A stretch of 63,197 nucleotides of DNA, counting the filler, from Guillardia theta CCMP2712 (lineage: Eukaryota > Protista > Cryptophyta): assembly GCF_000315625.1 (NCBI RefSeq). It is 4 parts of 4 records of this genome, joined end to end, with 100 filler letters (N's around TTAATTAATTAA, not from the genome) between each part and the next. Parts side by side here need not be neighbours in the genome. Positions count along the whole stretch, not along the records: positions 1 to 13,079 come from NW_005434307.1; positions 13,180 to 39,383 come from NW_005434585.1; 2 more parts are not named here. One strand, given 5' to 3'. The position numbers and the translations under genes were made by a program. Shown in pieces: positions 11,107 to 21,580 of the stretch. Below the pieces are notes generated by a model. It saw only the letters and a list, made by a program, of their open reading frames with translations. It made no database searches and was not told the DNA's origin. How positions within the stretch are numbered: the stretch's first letter is position 1; each line of letters starts with the position of its first letter.

Positions 11107-13058
11107 GTGACCGGTCAGGTGAGCCTGTCAGCCGGGTCACGGCCCCTGTCAGCCGGCTGACATGTCACGGGCCTGCTGACACGGTCCGCTGACCGGTCAC
11201 GGCCGCCCGGAGAGATCAGGCCCCCGGCCAATCTCCGGACACTTAGCCTCCTGGCGGGCCTCCAGGGGGTCTGAGGCGGGGCTGAAGGCTGCAGTCGGTC
11301 TACTGACGGGCCCGGCCGGCAGGATCCGTCGAGAAACAGGGGGGTCAAGGGAGGTTTTCTTCCCCCTGGGAGAAATGTCCTATGGGTTTTTGGATCTGCG
11401 ATATAAAAAAGTCTTGTCTCGGTCACGTGATGTGTCACGTGACCGGTCAGGTGAGCCTGTCAGCCGGGTCACGGCCCCTGTCAGCCGGCTGACATGTCAC
11501 GGGCCTGCTGACACGGCCCGCTGACCGGTCACGGCCGCCCGGAGAGATCAGGCCCCCGGCCAATCTCCGGACACTTAGCCTCCTGGCGGGCCTCCAGGGG
11601 GTCTGAGGCGGGGCTGAAGGCTGCAGTCGGTCTACTGACGGGCCCGGCCGGCAGGATCCGTCGAGAAACAGGGGGGTCACCCGAGAAGAACGGTGTACTA
11701 GCGGAGAAATGTCCTATGGGTTTTTGGATCTGCGATATAAAAAAGTCTTGTCTCGATCACGTGATGTGTCACGTGACCGGTCAGGTGAGCCTGTCAGCCG
11801 GGTCACGGCCCTGTCAGCCGGCTGACATGTCACGGGCTGCTGACACGGTCCGCTGACCGGTCACGGCCGCCCGGGAGAGATCAGGCCCCCGGCCAATCTC
11901 CGGACACTTAGCCTCCTGGCGGGCCTCCAGGGGGTCTGAGGCGGGGCTGAAGGCTGCAGTCGGTCTACTGACGGGCCCGGCCGGCAGGATCCGTCGAGAA
12001 ACAGGGGGGTCAAGGGAGGTTTTCTTCCCCCTGGGAGAAATGTCCTATGGGTTTTTGGATCTGCGATATAAAAAAGTCTTGTCTCGGTCACGTGATGTGT
12101 CACGTGACCGGTCAGGTGAGCCTGTCAGCCGGGTCACGGCCCCTGTCAGCCGGCTGACATGTCACGGGCCTGCTGACACGGTCCGCTGACCGGTCACGGC
12201 CGCCCGGAGAGATCAGGCCCCCGGCCAATCTCCGGACACTTAGCCTCCTGGCGGGCCTCCAGGGGGTCTGAGGCGGGGCTGAAGGCTGCAGTCGGTCTAC
12301 TGACGGGCCCGGCCGGCAGGATCCGTCGAGAAACAGGGGGGTCAAGGGAGGTTTTCTTCCCCCTGGGAGAAATGTCCTATGGGTTTTTGGATCTGCGATA
12401 TAAAAAAGTCTTGTCTCGGTCACGTGATGTGTCACGTGACCGGTCAGGTGAGCCTGTCAGCCGGGTCACGGCCCCTGTCAGCCGGCTGACATGTCACGGG
12501 CCTGCTGACACGGTCCGCTGACCGGTCACGGCCGCCCGGAGAGATCAGGCCCCCGGCCAATCTCCGGACACTTAGCCTCCTGGCGGGCCTCCAGGGGGTC
12601 TGAGGCGGGGCTGAAGGCTGCAGTCGGTCTACTGACGGGCCCGGCCGGCAGGATCCGTCGAGAAACAGGGGGGTCAAGGGAGGTTTTCTTCCCCCTGGGA
12701 GAAATGTCCTATGGGTTTTTGGATCTGCGATATAAAAAAGTCTTGTCTCGGTCACGTGATGTGTCACGTGACCGGTCAGGTGAGCCTGTCAGCCGGGTCA
12801 CGGCCCCTGTCAGCCGGCTGACATGTCACGGGCCTGCTGACACGGTCCGCTGACCGGTCACGGCCGCCCGGAGAGATCAGGCCCCCGGCCAATCTCCGGA
12901 CACTTAGCCTCCTGGCGGGCCTCCAGGGGGTCTGAGGCGGGGCTGAAGGCTGCAGTCGGTCTACTGACGGGCCCGGCCGGCAGGATCCGTCGAGAAACAG
13001 GGGGGTCAAGGGAGGTTTTCTTCCCCCTGGGAGAAATGTCCTATGGGTTTTTGGATCT
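11107..13058. repeat. 332-bp satellite, block 3 (about 6 monomers)
   Basis: Identical ORFs at 11115, 11447, 12112, 12444 and 12776 with 332-bp spacing. Confidence 0.97.
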
Positions 13059-13079
13059 TGAATTTTTTGCCGAGCTTTT

Positions 13080-13179
13080 NNNNNNNNNNNNNNNNNNNNN
13101 NNNNNNNNNNNNNNNNNNNNNNNTTAATTAATTAANNNNNNNNNNNNNNNNNNNNNNNNNNNNNNNNNNNNNNNNNNNN
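13080..13179. other. Assembly gap with artificial TTAATTAATTAA linker (also at about 39428 and 60030; further gaps at 27493-27592 and 44705-45471)
   Basis: N runs containing the same six-frame-stop linker three times. Confidence 0.9.
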
Positions 13180-13439
13180 TTAACCCCCCACCCTTCCCCC
13201 TCCCTTCGCTCCCTCCCCCCCCTTGCTCCTCTCCTCCTTCTCTCTCACCATCATTCCCCTCCTCCTCCCCCCTAATCCCTCCTGCTGCTTCTGCTCGACC
13301 CACCTCATACTGCCTCCTCCCCCACTCAGCTTCCTCCTCCCTCGTCTTTCCTCGTCTCTCCGCTCCTCTCCACCCCTCCCTTTCCTCCGCTCCTTCTTTC
13401 CTCCTCCTGCTACTCCTCCCCTGCTCACCTGCGAACTAG

Positions 13440-14127
13440 GACGGTTACCGTCGTTCATCGACGTTGGATTCAAGCTTCCAAGACGTCAAACATGACAAGG
13501 TTGAAGCTGCTCCTCTTTCATCTCCTCCTTCCTCCTGCTCCCGAACGTCCTTTCTCCACATTCTCTCCCTCCCTCCCTCCCCCGCTTGCTCCCTCGCTTC
13601 CCCCCTCCCCCCCTCTCTCCCAGTCCGTCCCTTCTCTCTCTTCTCCCCTTTCCTCAACAATCTTCCCAAATTCCTCGCTCTCTTCATCAGCTCCTCTTCG
13701 TCCCCTTCGTCCCCTTCGTCCTCCTCCTCCTCCTCTTGGTTTTCTTTGTCTCATCATCATATCAGTTTGAGCTGGTCGAGAGAAATCTCTTGGGCGGAAC
13801 TTTCTTAGTGCCGAAAGACGTCAAAGCGCATCTTCTTGTGAGTGCTGCTGCTGCTGCTGCTCCTCCTCCTCCTCCTCCTCCTCCTCCTCTTCTTCTTCCT
13901 CCTCCTCCTCCTTTTCCTGCTCCTTTTCCTGCTCCTCCTCTATCACCACCGCTTTCTTACTTGTCCTCTGCTCTCTTCTGATTCGCCTTCAGAGGGAGAT
14001 GGGGCTCGGGTATGAGGAGATGTACAGCCCGAGAAAAGACGACCCCCCGCATGAAGGTAGCCAACGGGGAAGGGAGGGAGGGAGGGAGGGAGGGAGGGAG
14101 GAGGAGAAGGAGGAGGAGGCGGAGAGG

Positions 14128-14163
<36 letters not shown>

Positions 14164-14714
14164 AAGAGGAAGAGGAGGAGGAGGAGGAGGAGGAGGAGGG
14201 AGGATGTGTGAAGACCTTTTGCAGAACCGGATCGTCTGCTTCCTCGGCGCGACCAAGACAGCGTGTCAGAGGAGCTTTCCGTCGTGCTCAAGGGATGTCA
14301 GGAACTCCGAGGAGGAGGAGGAGGAGGAGGGGCGGGAGCAGCCTTCGAGGTCCCAAGGATGCCGGGGGATGAGGTCTCAAAGCAGAGCATCAATGATTAC
14401 TTCTCCGTGCTGCTCTGCCCCGCAGGGAACCCGATCGATCTGGGAGAGGGAGGAGGAGCGGGGGGAGCGGGGGGAGCGGGAGGGAACAGCACGGATCTTG
14501 TCTTCTTGGAGGCTGCGCTGGAGGGAGCGGTGGTGGTGAAACGGAAGCTGGTGAGGGGAGGGGCATGTTTCCTTGCTATCTGTTTCCTCCCGCATGTTAG
14601 ACTTCACCTGTTCCTCTTTGAGCATCTGCAACCTGCGCTGTCTGTATGTGCTCAAGGACTGAGGTTCAGTCCTTTTGTGTGAACGGTTGCAACTGCTCTC
14701 CTTCTCTAAGTCTA

Positions 14715-14768
<54 letters not shown>

Positions 14769-15047
14769 GTCTATACTCATCAAGTGTCAGGGTTGCGAGT
14801 GGAACAGTCAAACTTTCATGGGCCATGAGAACAAAAAAATTGAGCAATTCGTGAGGAGACGATTCGGACCTGATGAGATCACGGTAAGCGTCCTTCCTTC
14901 CTTCCTTCCTTCCTTCCTCCTCCTGTTCCTCCTGCTGCTGCTCCTGCTCCTGCTCCTGCTCCTCCTGCTGCTGCTCCTGCTCCTGCTGCTGCTGCTCCTG
15001 CTCCTGCTCCTGCTCCTGCTGCTGCTGCTCCTGCTCCTGCTCCTGCT

Positions 15048-15083
<36 letters not shown>

Positions 15084-18000
15084 CCTCCTCCTCCTCCTCC
15101 TCCTCCTCCTCTCTGACCTCCCTCTTCTTCCACTTGCTCTTTTCTCTTGTGTTGTCTCGCTCTCCTTCACCTCTCCTCAGGTGGAGCTGGAGGGGCCGGA
15201 GCTTCTGTTTCTCCATCAGGAGCATCTAGGGAACTGCATGTACAGGTCGAAGAGGAAGAGAGAAAGTTGAGGAGCAGGAGGAGGAGCAGGCAGAGCAGGA
15301 GCAGGAGCAGGTGGTGGTGGTGGTGGTGGAGGAGGAGGTTGACAATAGCTGTGAAAATGAACGTTTCCCTCAGGTTCAAGTATCAAGTCAGCATCGATGG
15401 GTTTTACAGCTTGAGGGTTCGAGTCCTCCGGCAGAACTACAGGTCCTCGATACCTTCAGCTTCGTCTTTCCACCATTTCCTCTCCTCCTCCTCCTCTTCC
15501 TCCTCTCCCTACCCCTCCTCCTCCACGTCCTCGTCCTCGTCCTCCTCCTCCTCTTCCTCCCTCTCCTCCTCCTGCTCAACCCTCCTTCTTTCATCCTTTT
15601 CTCCAAACTCCATGGGTTACCTCCTCTTCCCCCTCTCGCTGCTCTCAGTGAATCTTCCGCTGCTGCTCCTCTCCTTTCCTCCCCCTCTCTTGCTGCTCAA
15701 AGTGCGTCAGGTCGGTCGACGAGCTTCGCGTCTATCGTCCTGAGATCTACTTCGACGATCCTCTTGGCTCGGGTTTCTGGCTCGCCTTTGCTGGCACCAA
15801 GGTCACCAACCTCCCCCTCCGTCCTCCTCGTTCCTCTCCCTCCCTCCTCTCCCTCCTCTCCCTCCTCTCCCTCCTCCCCCTCCTCCCCCTCCTCTCCCTC
15901 CTCTCCCTCGTCTCCCTCGTCTTTCTTCCATGCTCTCCTCAACTGCCTGCCAGGTCAAGGACGTCACGGGGGTCGAGCTCCTCCTCGACGGGAGGGACCT
16001 GCCGTCCTGCAGCAAGAATGGCAGCGACATGGCCGACGGCCGGTGGATCTCGATGCAGGGAGACGGTGAGCTGGTGCGGAGGGAGGAGGAGGACCCTGAG
16101 GGCTCGCAGCATCGAAGCTTTTCCTCTCCACTCCCTACATCGCCTGCCCCAAGGCGGTCAAGGGGGTCAGGAATCCCTCGTTTCGAGCCGGAGGGTCCGG
16201 ACGGCGATGGCTCGTCGACCCCTCGCAGTTCTACTGGGTATGGGGGGAGACGGTCGAGAGAAGGCGAGAGGCAGAGGAGAGGCAGAGGAGAGGCAGAGGA
16301 AGAGGAGAGGGAGAGAAAGCGGAGGGAGAGGAAGAGGAAGAGAAAGAGGGAGAGGGAGAAGGAGAGGGAGAGGAGAGGAGAGGGACAGGAAGAGGAGAGG
16401 AAGAGGAGAGGAGAGGAGAGGGAGAAGGAGAGGAAGGATTGGGGGGGGGGAAGCCTTAGAAGGGACAGGGAGAGGTGAGGAGGGGAGGGGACTGACGCAC
16501 CATCAGGTGCCGTACAAGTGCAGGGAGCAATTCTTCGGGATGAAGGAGGCAGACGCGTGCCTTGCGCGAAGAAGGATCCTCTTCTCGGGAGACAGCCACA
16601 TGCGCGTCCACTACAACTCGGTCATGAAGTTCGCGTGCGGGATACCCGAGGCTGCGCAGAAGGGACACCACACGTCTCAGGTCAGAGGGGAGGAGAGGGA
16701 TGATGTGGCGGGAGTGGGAGGGGGACAGAGCAGAGAGGGGAGGGGAGGATGGGAAATGGAAGACGAGGAGAATGGAGGAGAAGGGGAGTGGTAGCGGTGG
16801 TGGTGGAGCAGCAGCAGTAGGAGGAGGAGCAGCAGCAGAAGCAGCAGAAGCAGCAGAGGCAGGAGGATCAGGATCAGGATCAGGATCAGGAGCAGGAGCA
16901 GGAGCAGGAGGTTGTGGTGGTTATGGAGGAGGAGGAGTTACGAGAGGCTCAGTGTCACCTTCCTCGTCTTGCGGACAAGTGCTCACTCTCCTTGCTTTGC
17001 CTGGAGCACAACATGGTGCTGCTGCTCGTCCTCCTCCTCCTCGTCCTCCTCCTCGTCCTCCTCGTCCTCCTCTTCGTCCTCCTCCGCCTCCTCCTCCTCC
17101 TCCTCGTCCTCCTCCTCGTCCTCCGCCTCGTCCTCGTCCTTGTCCTCCGCCTCCGCCTCTGCCTTACCTGCCGCAGGTGGGATGGATGGACGCGACCGTC
17201 GACTTCTCCAGGTAAGCCCTTGGGACCCTCTAGAGCTCCTTGACGAGCTCGACCCCAGCTGGGACCTGATCGTCAGCAACTTCGGTCAACATTCCGCAGC
17301 TGGAGCCGAACACTGGACGGTGAGAGAGAGAGAGAGAGAGCTGGGCATGGGAGGAGCTGACGCGAGCCGCTGCAAGGTGGCCGAGTACGGGAGGCATGTG
17401 GAGGTGTACCTCAAGGCGATCGCCAGGAGGATGCGGGAGGCGAGAGGGAGCCGGGCTCGCTTCCTGTGGATGGCGACGCCGGCGATGGTACACGTCAGAG
17501 ATAATATGGTGAGGGAGCAAGCCTGCTCCTGCTCCTGCTCCAGCCCCTGTTCCTGCCCCTGCCCTTGCTCCTGCTCCCGCTCCCGCTCCCGCTACTACTG
17601 CCCCTACCCCTACCCCTGCTCCCGCTCCCGCTCCCGCTACTGCCCCTGCCCCTGCCCCTGCCCCTGCGCTGCTCCTGCTGCTGCTGTTCTCTGCTGCTGC
17701 TGCACTTCCTCCTCCTCCCGTGAACGTGTTGGATCCTCCAGATCTCGGAGTGCATGGACTGGCGGACGAATCAGCGCCTGGCTCTGTACGAGGAGCAGGC
17801 CAAGACCCTGGTCCAGCGGTATCAGCAGGAGTTCGGCATCGAGCGCTTCATGTACATGGTGGGAACGAAGAGAGGGGGAGGAGGAGGAGGGGGAGGACGA
17901 GGAGGAGGAGGAGGAGAAGGAGGAAGAGGAGGAGGCATAGGAGGAGGAGGACGAGGAGGACGAGGAGGACGAGGAGGACGAGGAGGAGGAGGAGGAGGAG

Positions 18001-18195
18001 GAGGAGGAGGAGGCGATAACGCAGACGTCCAGGACACGTACAACCTGACGCTGCCCATGATCGAGGCAGCCAAGGGAGACTGCGGGCATTTCCTCCCTGC
18101 TAACATTCAGGTGCTGGGCACCCGCGAGTTCACTGATGCCACTGACGCCTCCGCAGCTCGCAGCTGTGCAGCAGTTTCTCAACCTCGCGTGCTGA
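13440..18195 (+). CDS. Multi-exon SGNH-fold protein (NXPE / PC-esterase-like); 5' part uncertain and may be a separate gene
   Basis: Exons VELEGPELLFLHQEHLGNCMY, FKYQVSIDGFYSLRVRVLRQNY, CLARRRILFSGDSHMR (GDS block), DLIVSNFGQH, RFLWMATP, DTYNLTLP...DCGHF (DxxH), ending FLNLAC*. Confidence 0.7.
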
Positions 18196-18745
18196 GTTGG
18201 GCACCTTCCCGTCCCATCAAGTTGATCGGACAGTCCGACCGTCTTGGGGGGCGTTAGGTGACTCCCGGCCTGGCTGGCCGCCCGGCGCGGGCCGGGCCCC
18301 GGCAGACTACAGGCTACCGTGACGCCGATTGTTCGGAAGTTCAGTGGAGACACGGCCAGTCAGCAACTTAACTTCGAGTCAAGAGGTGCTGGTCAGCTAA
18401 CGTTGAGTAAAAGTGTGCCGCTACCGTCACGTTTACTCAACTGAGGCCTGCGGTACTAGAGGGCACCGGGTACGTCGGTGTAGTAAAAGGAGACATGTGG
18501 AGTAAAAGTTAAGATCCCTGCAATGGAGTCCAAGAGCAACCCGCCTCAGGGAGTGTCATAAGTACCCCGGACCGTCCGATGCCTTGACACCAAAAAAAGT
18601 TTATATACCAACCGATGCGGTTTTACAACGTTTTATCGGGCATGCTTTTACACTAGGAAAAACTGTGCCCTGCTACCCCCACCCACTCATTTACCCATTT
18701 ACTAGCCCCACCCCGTCATACTAGGTCGCATCGTGCGAATTCGCA

Positions 18746-19246
18746 ATGAACAAGGTCTTCGTGCAAGCGCGTCCGAGACACTCGCTGAGCAGAGACATGG
18801 TCCAGCTCTCCCTCCCCCTCCTCTCCAGCCTCTTCCACCTCAAGCAGCCTCTCGCCGCCGACTCCCTCGGCATCTCCCTCACCTCCCTCAAGACCGCCTG
18901 CCGCAGGCTCGGTCTTCGTCGCTGGCCCTACGAGCGCGACCGTGAGCAGGAGAGGGAAACGAGGCTGGGGCCTGGGACTCCTGCGGAGGAAGACGACTGC
19001 AGCGCAGATGTCAAGCTGGCGGTCACTGCTGACACTCAGGCAGGCCAGCAACCTCCTCCATCCGCCTCGGAGGCTCAGGACAGCCAGACAGCACCCGGCA
19101 CGGGGGAGAAGGCGGAGGCTTTCATGGGCGATCTGTGGGAGGAGGCAGGAAGGAAGGAGGCGTTTGCGATGATCTTTGGGAGCTTGCCGCTAGAGGTAGA
19201 GGAAGAGGGGGAGGAGGAGAGCTGGGCAGAGCTCGAGAAGATATGA
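18746..19246 (+). CDS. RWP-RK domain transcription factor, copy A
   Basis: LFHLKQPLAADSLGISLTSLKTACRRLGLRRWPY; intronless 166-aa ORF. Confidence 0.93.
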   Translation: MNKVFVQARPRHSLSRDMVQLSLPLLSSLFHLKQPLAADSLGISLTSLKTACRRLGLRRWPYERDREQERETRLGPGTPAEEDDCSADVKLAVTADTQAGQQPPPSASEAQDSQTAPGTGEKAEAFMGDLWEEAGRKEAFAMIFGSLPLEVEEEGEEESWAELEKI

Positions 19247-20250
19247 ATATATGTGTGAGAGCTAGTGATATGAGAAGATAAATAAATGAAAGGGCGGAAC
19301 AACTTGTACATGGTATGATTACTATGACAAGTTAATGACAAGTTAATGCTCTTTTCAATGAAATAGCACTTGTTTCGATATCTCGACTGTATGTGATCAG
19401 CGTTGAAGAACTGTAAAGTACAAACATGCGAAGTACTTGTGTTTCGCGGGCGAGCAGCATCTGACCTTCGAGTGTCTTTCTGAGGTCTTGCCAAATGAAG
19501 ACCTTATTTACGTTCCCTCTGATCAATAGGCGCGCAAAAGAAAACTCTAGCTCATGTTTCAAAGTGCCTCAGAAATGAAAAGAAAAGATTGATAACAAAG
19601 TCCGAACCGCTTTCAAAGTCTTTTACAAATGCTTCTTCCTAGTTCCATCTGCTCTGTCAGTCAAACTATGAAACATGTTTGGCTGATAGTAATCATACCA
19701 TGTACAAGTTGTTCCGCCCTTTCATTTATTTATCTTCTCATATCACTAGCTCTCACACATATATTCATATCTTCTCGAGCTCTGCCCAGCTCTCCTCCTC
19801 CCCCTCTTCCTCTACCTCTAGCGGCAAGCTCCCAAAGATCATCGCAAACGCCTCCTTCCTTCCTGCCTCCTCCCACAGATCGCCCATGAAAGCCTCCGCC
19901 TTCTCCCCCGTGCCGGGTGCTGTCTGGCTGTCCTGAGCCTCCGAGGCGGATGGAGGAGGTTGCTGGCCTGCCTGAGTGTCAGCAGTGACCGCCAGCTTGA
20001 CATCTGCGCTGCAGTCGTCTTCCTCCGCAGGAGTCCCAGGCCCCAGCCTCGTTTCCCTCTCCTGCTCACGGTCGCGCTCGTAGGGCCAGCGACGAAGACC
20101 GAGCCTGCGGCAGGCGGTCTTGAGGGAGGTGAGGGAGATGCCGAGGGAGTCGGCGGCGAGAGGCTGCTTGAGGTGGAAGAGGCTGGAGAGGAGGGGGAGG
20201 GAGAGCTGGACCATGTCTCTGCTCAGCGAGTGTCTCGGACGCGCTTGCAC
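18761..20250. repeat. 565-bp inverted repeat (18761-19325 / 19686-20250) with 360-bp spacer
   Basis: Arms are reverse complements over the CDS and about 80 bp of 3' flank; no mismatch seen. Confidence 0.93.
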
Positions 20251-20265
20251 ATACAGGGTGTGCAT
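19765..20265 (-). CDS. RWP-RK domain transcription factor, copy B (inverted duplicate)
   Basis: Protein identical to copy A apart from residues 2-5 (MHTLY vs MNKVF). Confidence 0.93.
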   Translation of the reverse strand: MHTLYVQARPRHSLSRDMVQLSLPLLSSLFHLKQPLAADSLGISLTSLKTACRRLGLRRWPYERDREQERETRLGPGTPAEEDDCSADVKLAVTADTQAGQQPPPSASEAQDSQTAPGTGEKAEAFMGDLWEEAGRKEAFAMIFGSLPLEVEEEGEEESWAELEKI

Positions 20266-20489
20266 GGCGAAATGGGACTTTTGTCTTCTTCAGAAGGTCT
20301 TGACGATGCCCCATTGAAATGACTTGTTTTCGTTCGGATTCTATTTAGACGCCATCATTGAGACATATGGTGGGTGACCTGAGGGTACGGTAGGGTACTG
20401 GGGAATAGTTTTAGCGCGACTACCCATGTACCGGGTAAACTCTGGTCGAATGGAGGGGTAGCAGGGCAGAGTTTTATCCGATCCGACCC

Positions 20490-21580
20490 TGGTCTCCGAG
20501 CCTCGGAGGCTCGGACCGCGACATGGCTGGCCTGGCGCGACTCCGGCGAGGGAATGGTGCTGCGCGCAGCCCGGCCTGTTAAGTGAAGGTATCAGTTAAG
20601 TTAAGTTGGGGGACCGACAGCACTGCGGCAGTCGGCGGCCGGGCCGCGGGCAGGCGGCCGGCATGATGAGGGTTGCCACGGTCACCAGAGTCTCATCGTG
20701 TCAGGCTTTCCGAAGTTTCTCTTCTTCAACGGCCGTACAGACGGTACGGTATGGCCTGACTCCCGGCTGTCGGCAAGCGGCCGGTGTCACCGGAGCCCCC
20801 GGAGTCCGGGAGGCCCGGGCCCGGCCGCCGGGCCGCGGGTGCCCGGGCGGCCCCCGCCGGGCGCCGTGCCAGTCGGATCGGACGGTGGGCCACTGAGTGG
20901 CAGTGACTCTTGAGTAAGTCAGGCCCACGGTCAAGCGGCCCGGTCAGGTCACGGGCTCTACTAGGCTACCGAGTCCTAATTGCCTCCACGTACTGATTTT
21001 TAACTTAACCGTCACGGAGTAAAAATTCGGACCGAGCGTCCGGTACTGCCGCCACAGGCCCGGGCGGTGGCCCGCGGCGGCCGCGCCCGGTCACGGACTG
21101 AGGGCCAGTGCCGCACAACGGCGCGGCAGGCCCCTGGTCACTCCGAACGGCAGCGGCCGGGACACGAATAAGCGTGCCGGGAACTTCGGAAGTTCGAGTC
21201 AACCGTGACCGGGGCCGGCCGGGCCGCATGCCCGGCGGCCGCCGCCGGGCGGCGCGATCATGATCATCCCGATGATTATCATCACTGTGACGGTCGGACT
21301 CCTAACCGTCGAACCGGCGTGCTTGGGTAAGTTCAGGCTCAGCCGCTCCCGGCCGCCGGCGCGCGACCGTGTCCGAGCCTCTGAGTCTGTACGGCCTCAG
21401 TGGTACGGCCGGGCACTGCCCGGGGGCCGGGCCGCCGGCTGCGCGGCGGGGCAGTAGGCCACCGTGACGGCGTCCGAGTCGCGGCCCGGGCGGGGCCCGG
21501 GCGTCACACCGTGCCCGGCCACCGACTGAGTGCTTCAGTGCCCGCCCGCGGCGCCGGGCCGGCCCGGGGCCACTCGGAAG
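20490..21580. other. CCGG-rich non-coding intergenic island
   Basis: Very GC-rich mosaic of ccgg/cggt/ctgag/tcgga/ttaag words; only spurious R/P/G-rich ORFs. Confidence 0.7.

Noticed and set aside
11750-11880. Cluster of single-base indels in one satellite monomer
   Set aside because: The pattern fits a low-quality read segment and cannot be called biological without reads.
247-13009. Repeated 107-aa ORF MTHHVTETRL...
   Set aside because: By-product of a GC-rich tandem repeat; non-ATG start, no domain, and broken in variant monomers.
1-13058. CRISPR-like or integron-like array (repeats with inserted cargo)
   Set aside because: Monomers abut without spacers, the inserts have their own TIR/LTR and TSD hallmarks, and the context is eukaryotic with no cas or integrase gene.
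13124-13135. TTAATTAATTAA palindrome (also 39428 and 60030)
   Set aside because: Embedded in N runs; an artificial scaffold linker.
14000-18100. Poly-E/Q, poly-L, RS-rich and poly-G ORFs
   Set aside because: Translations of intronic microsatellites in several frames.
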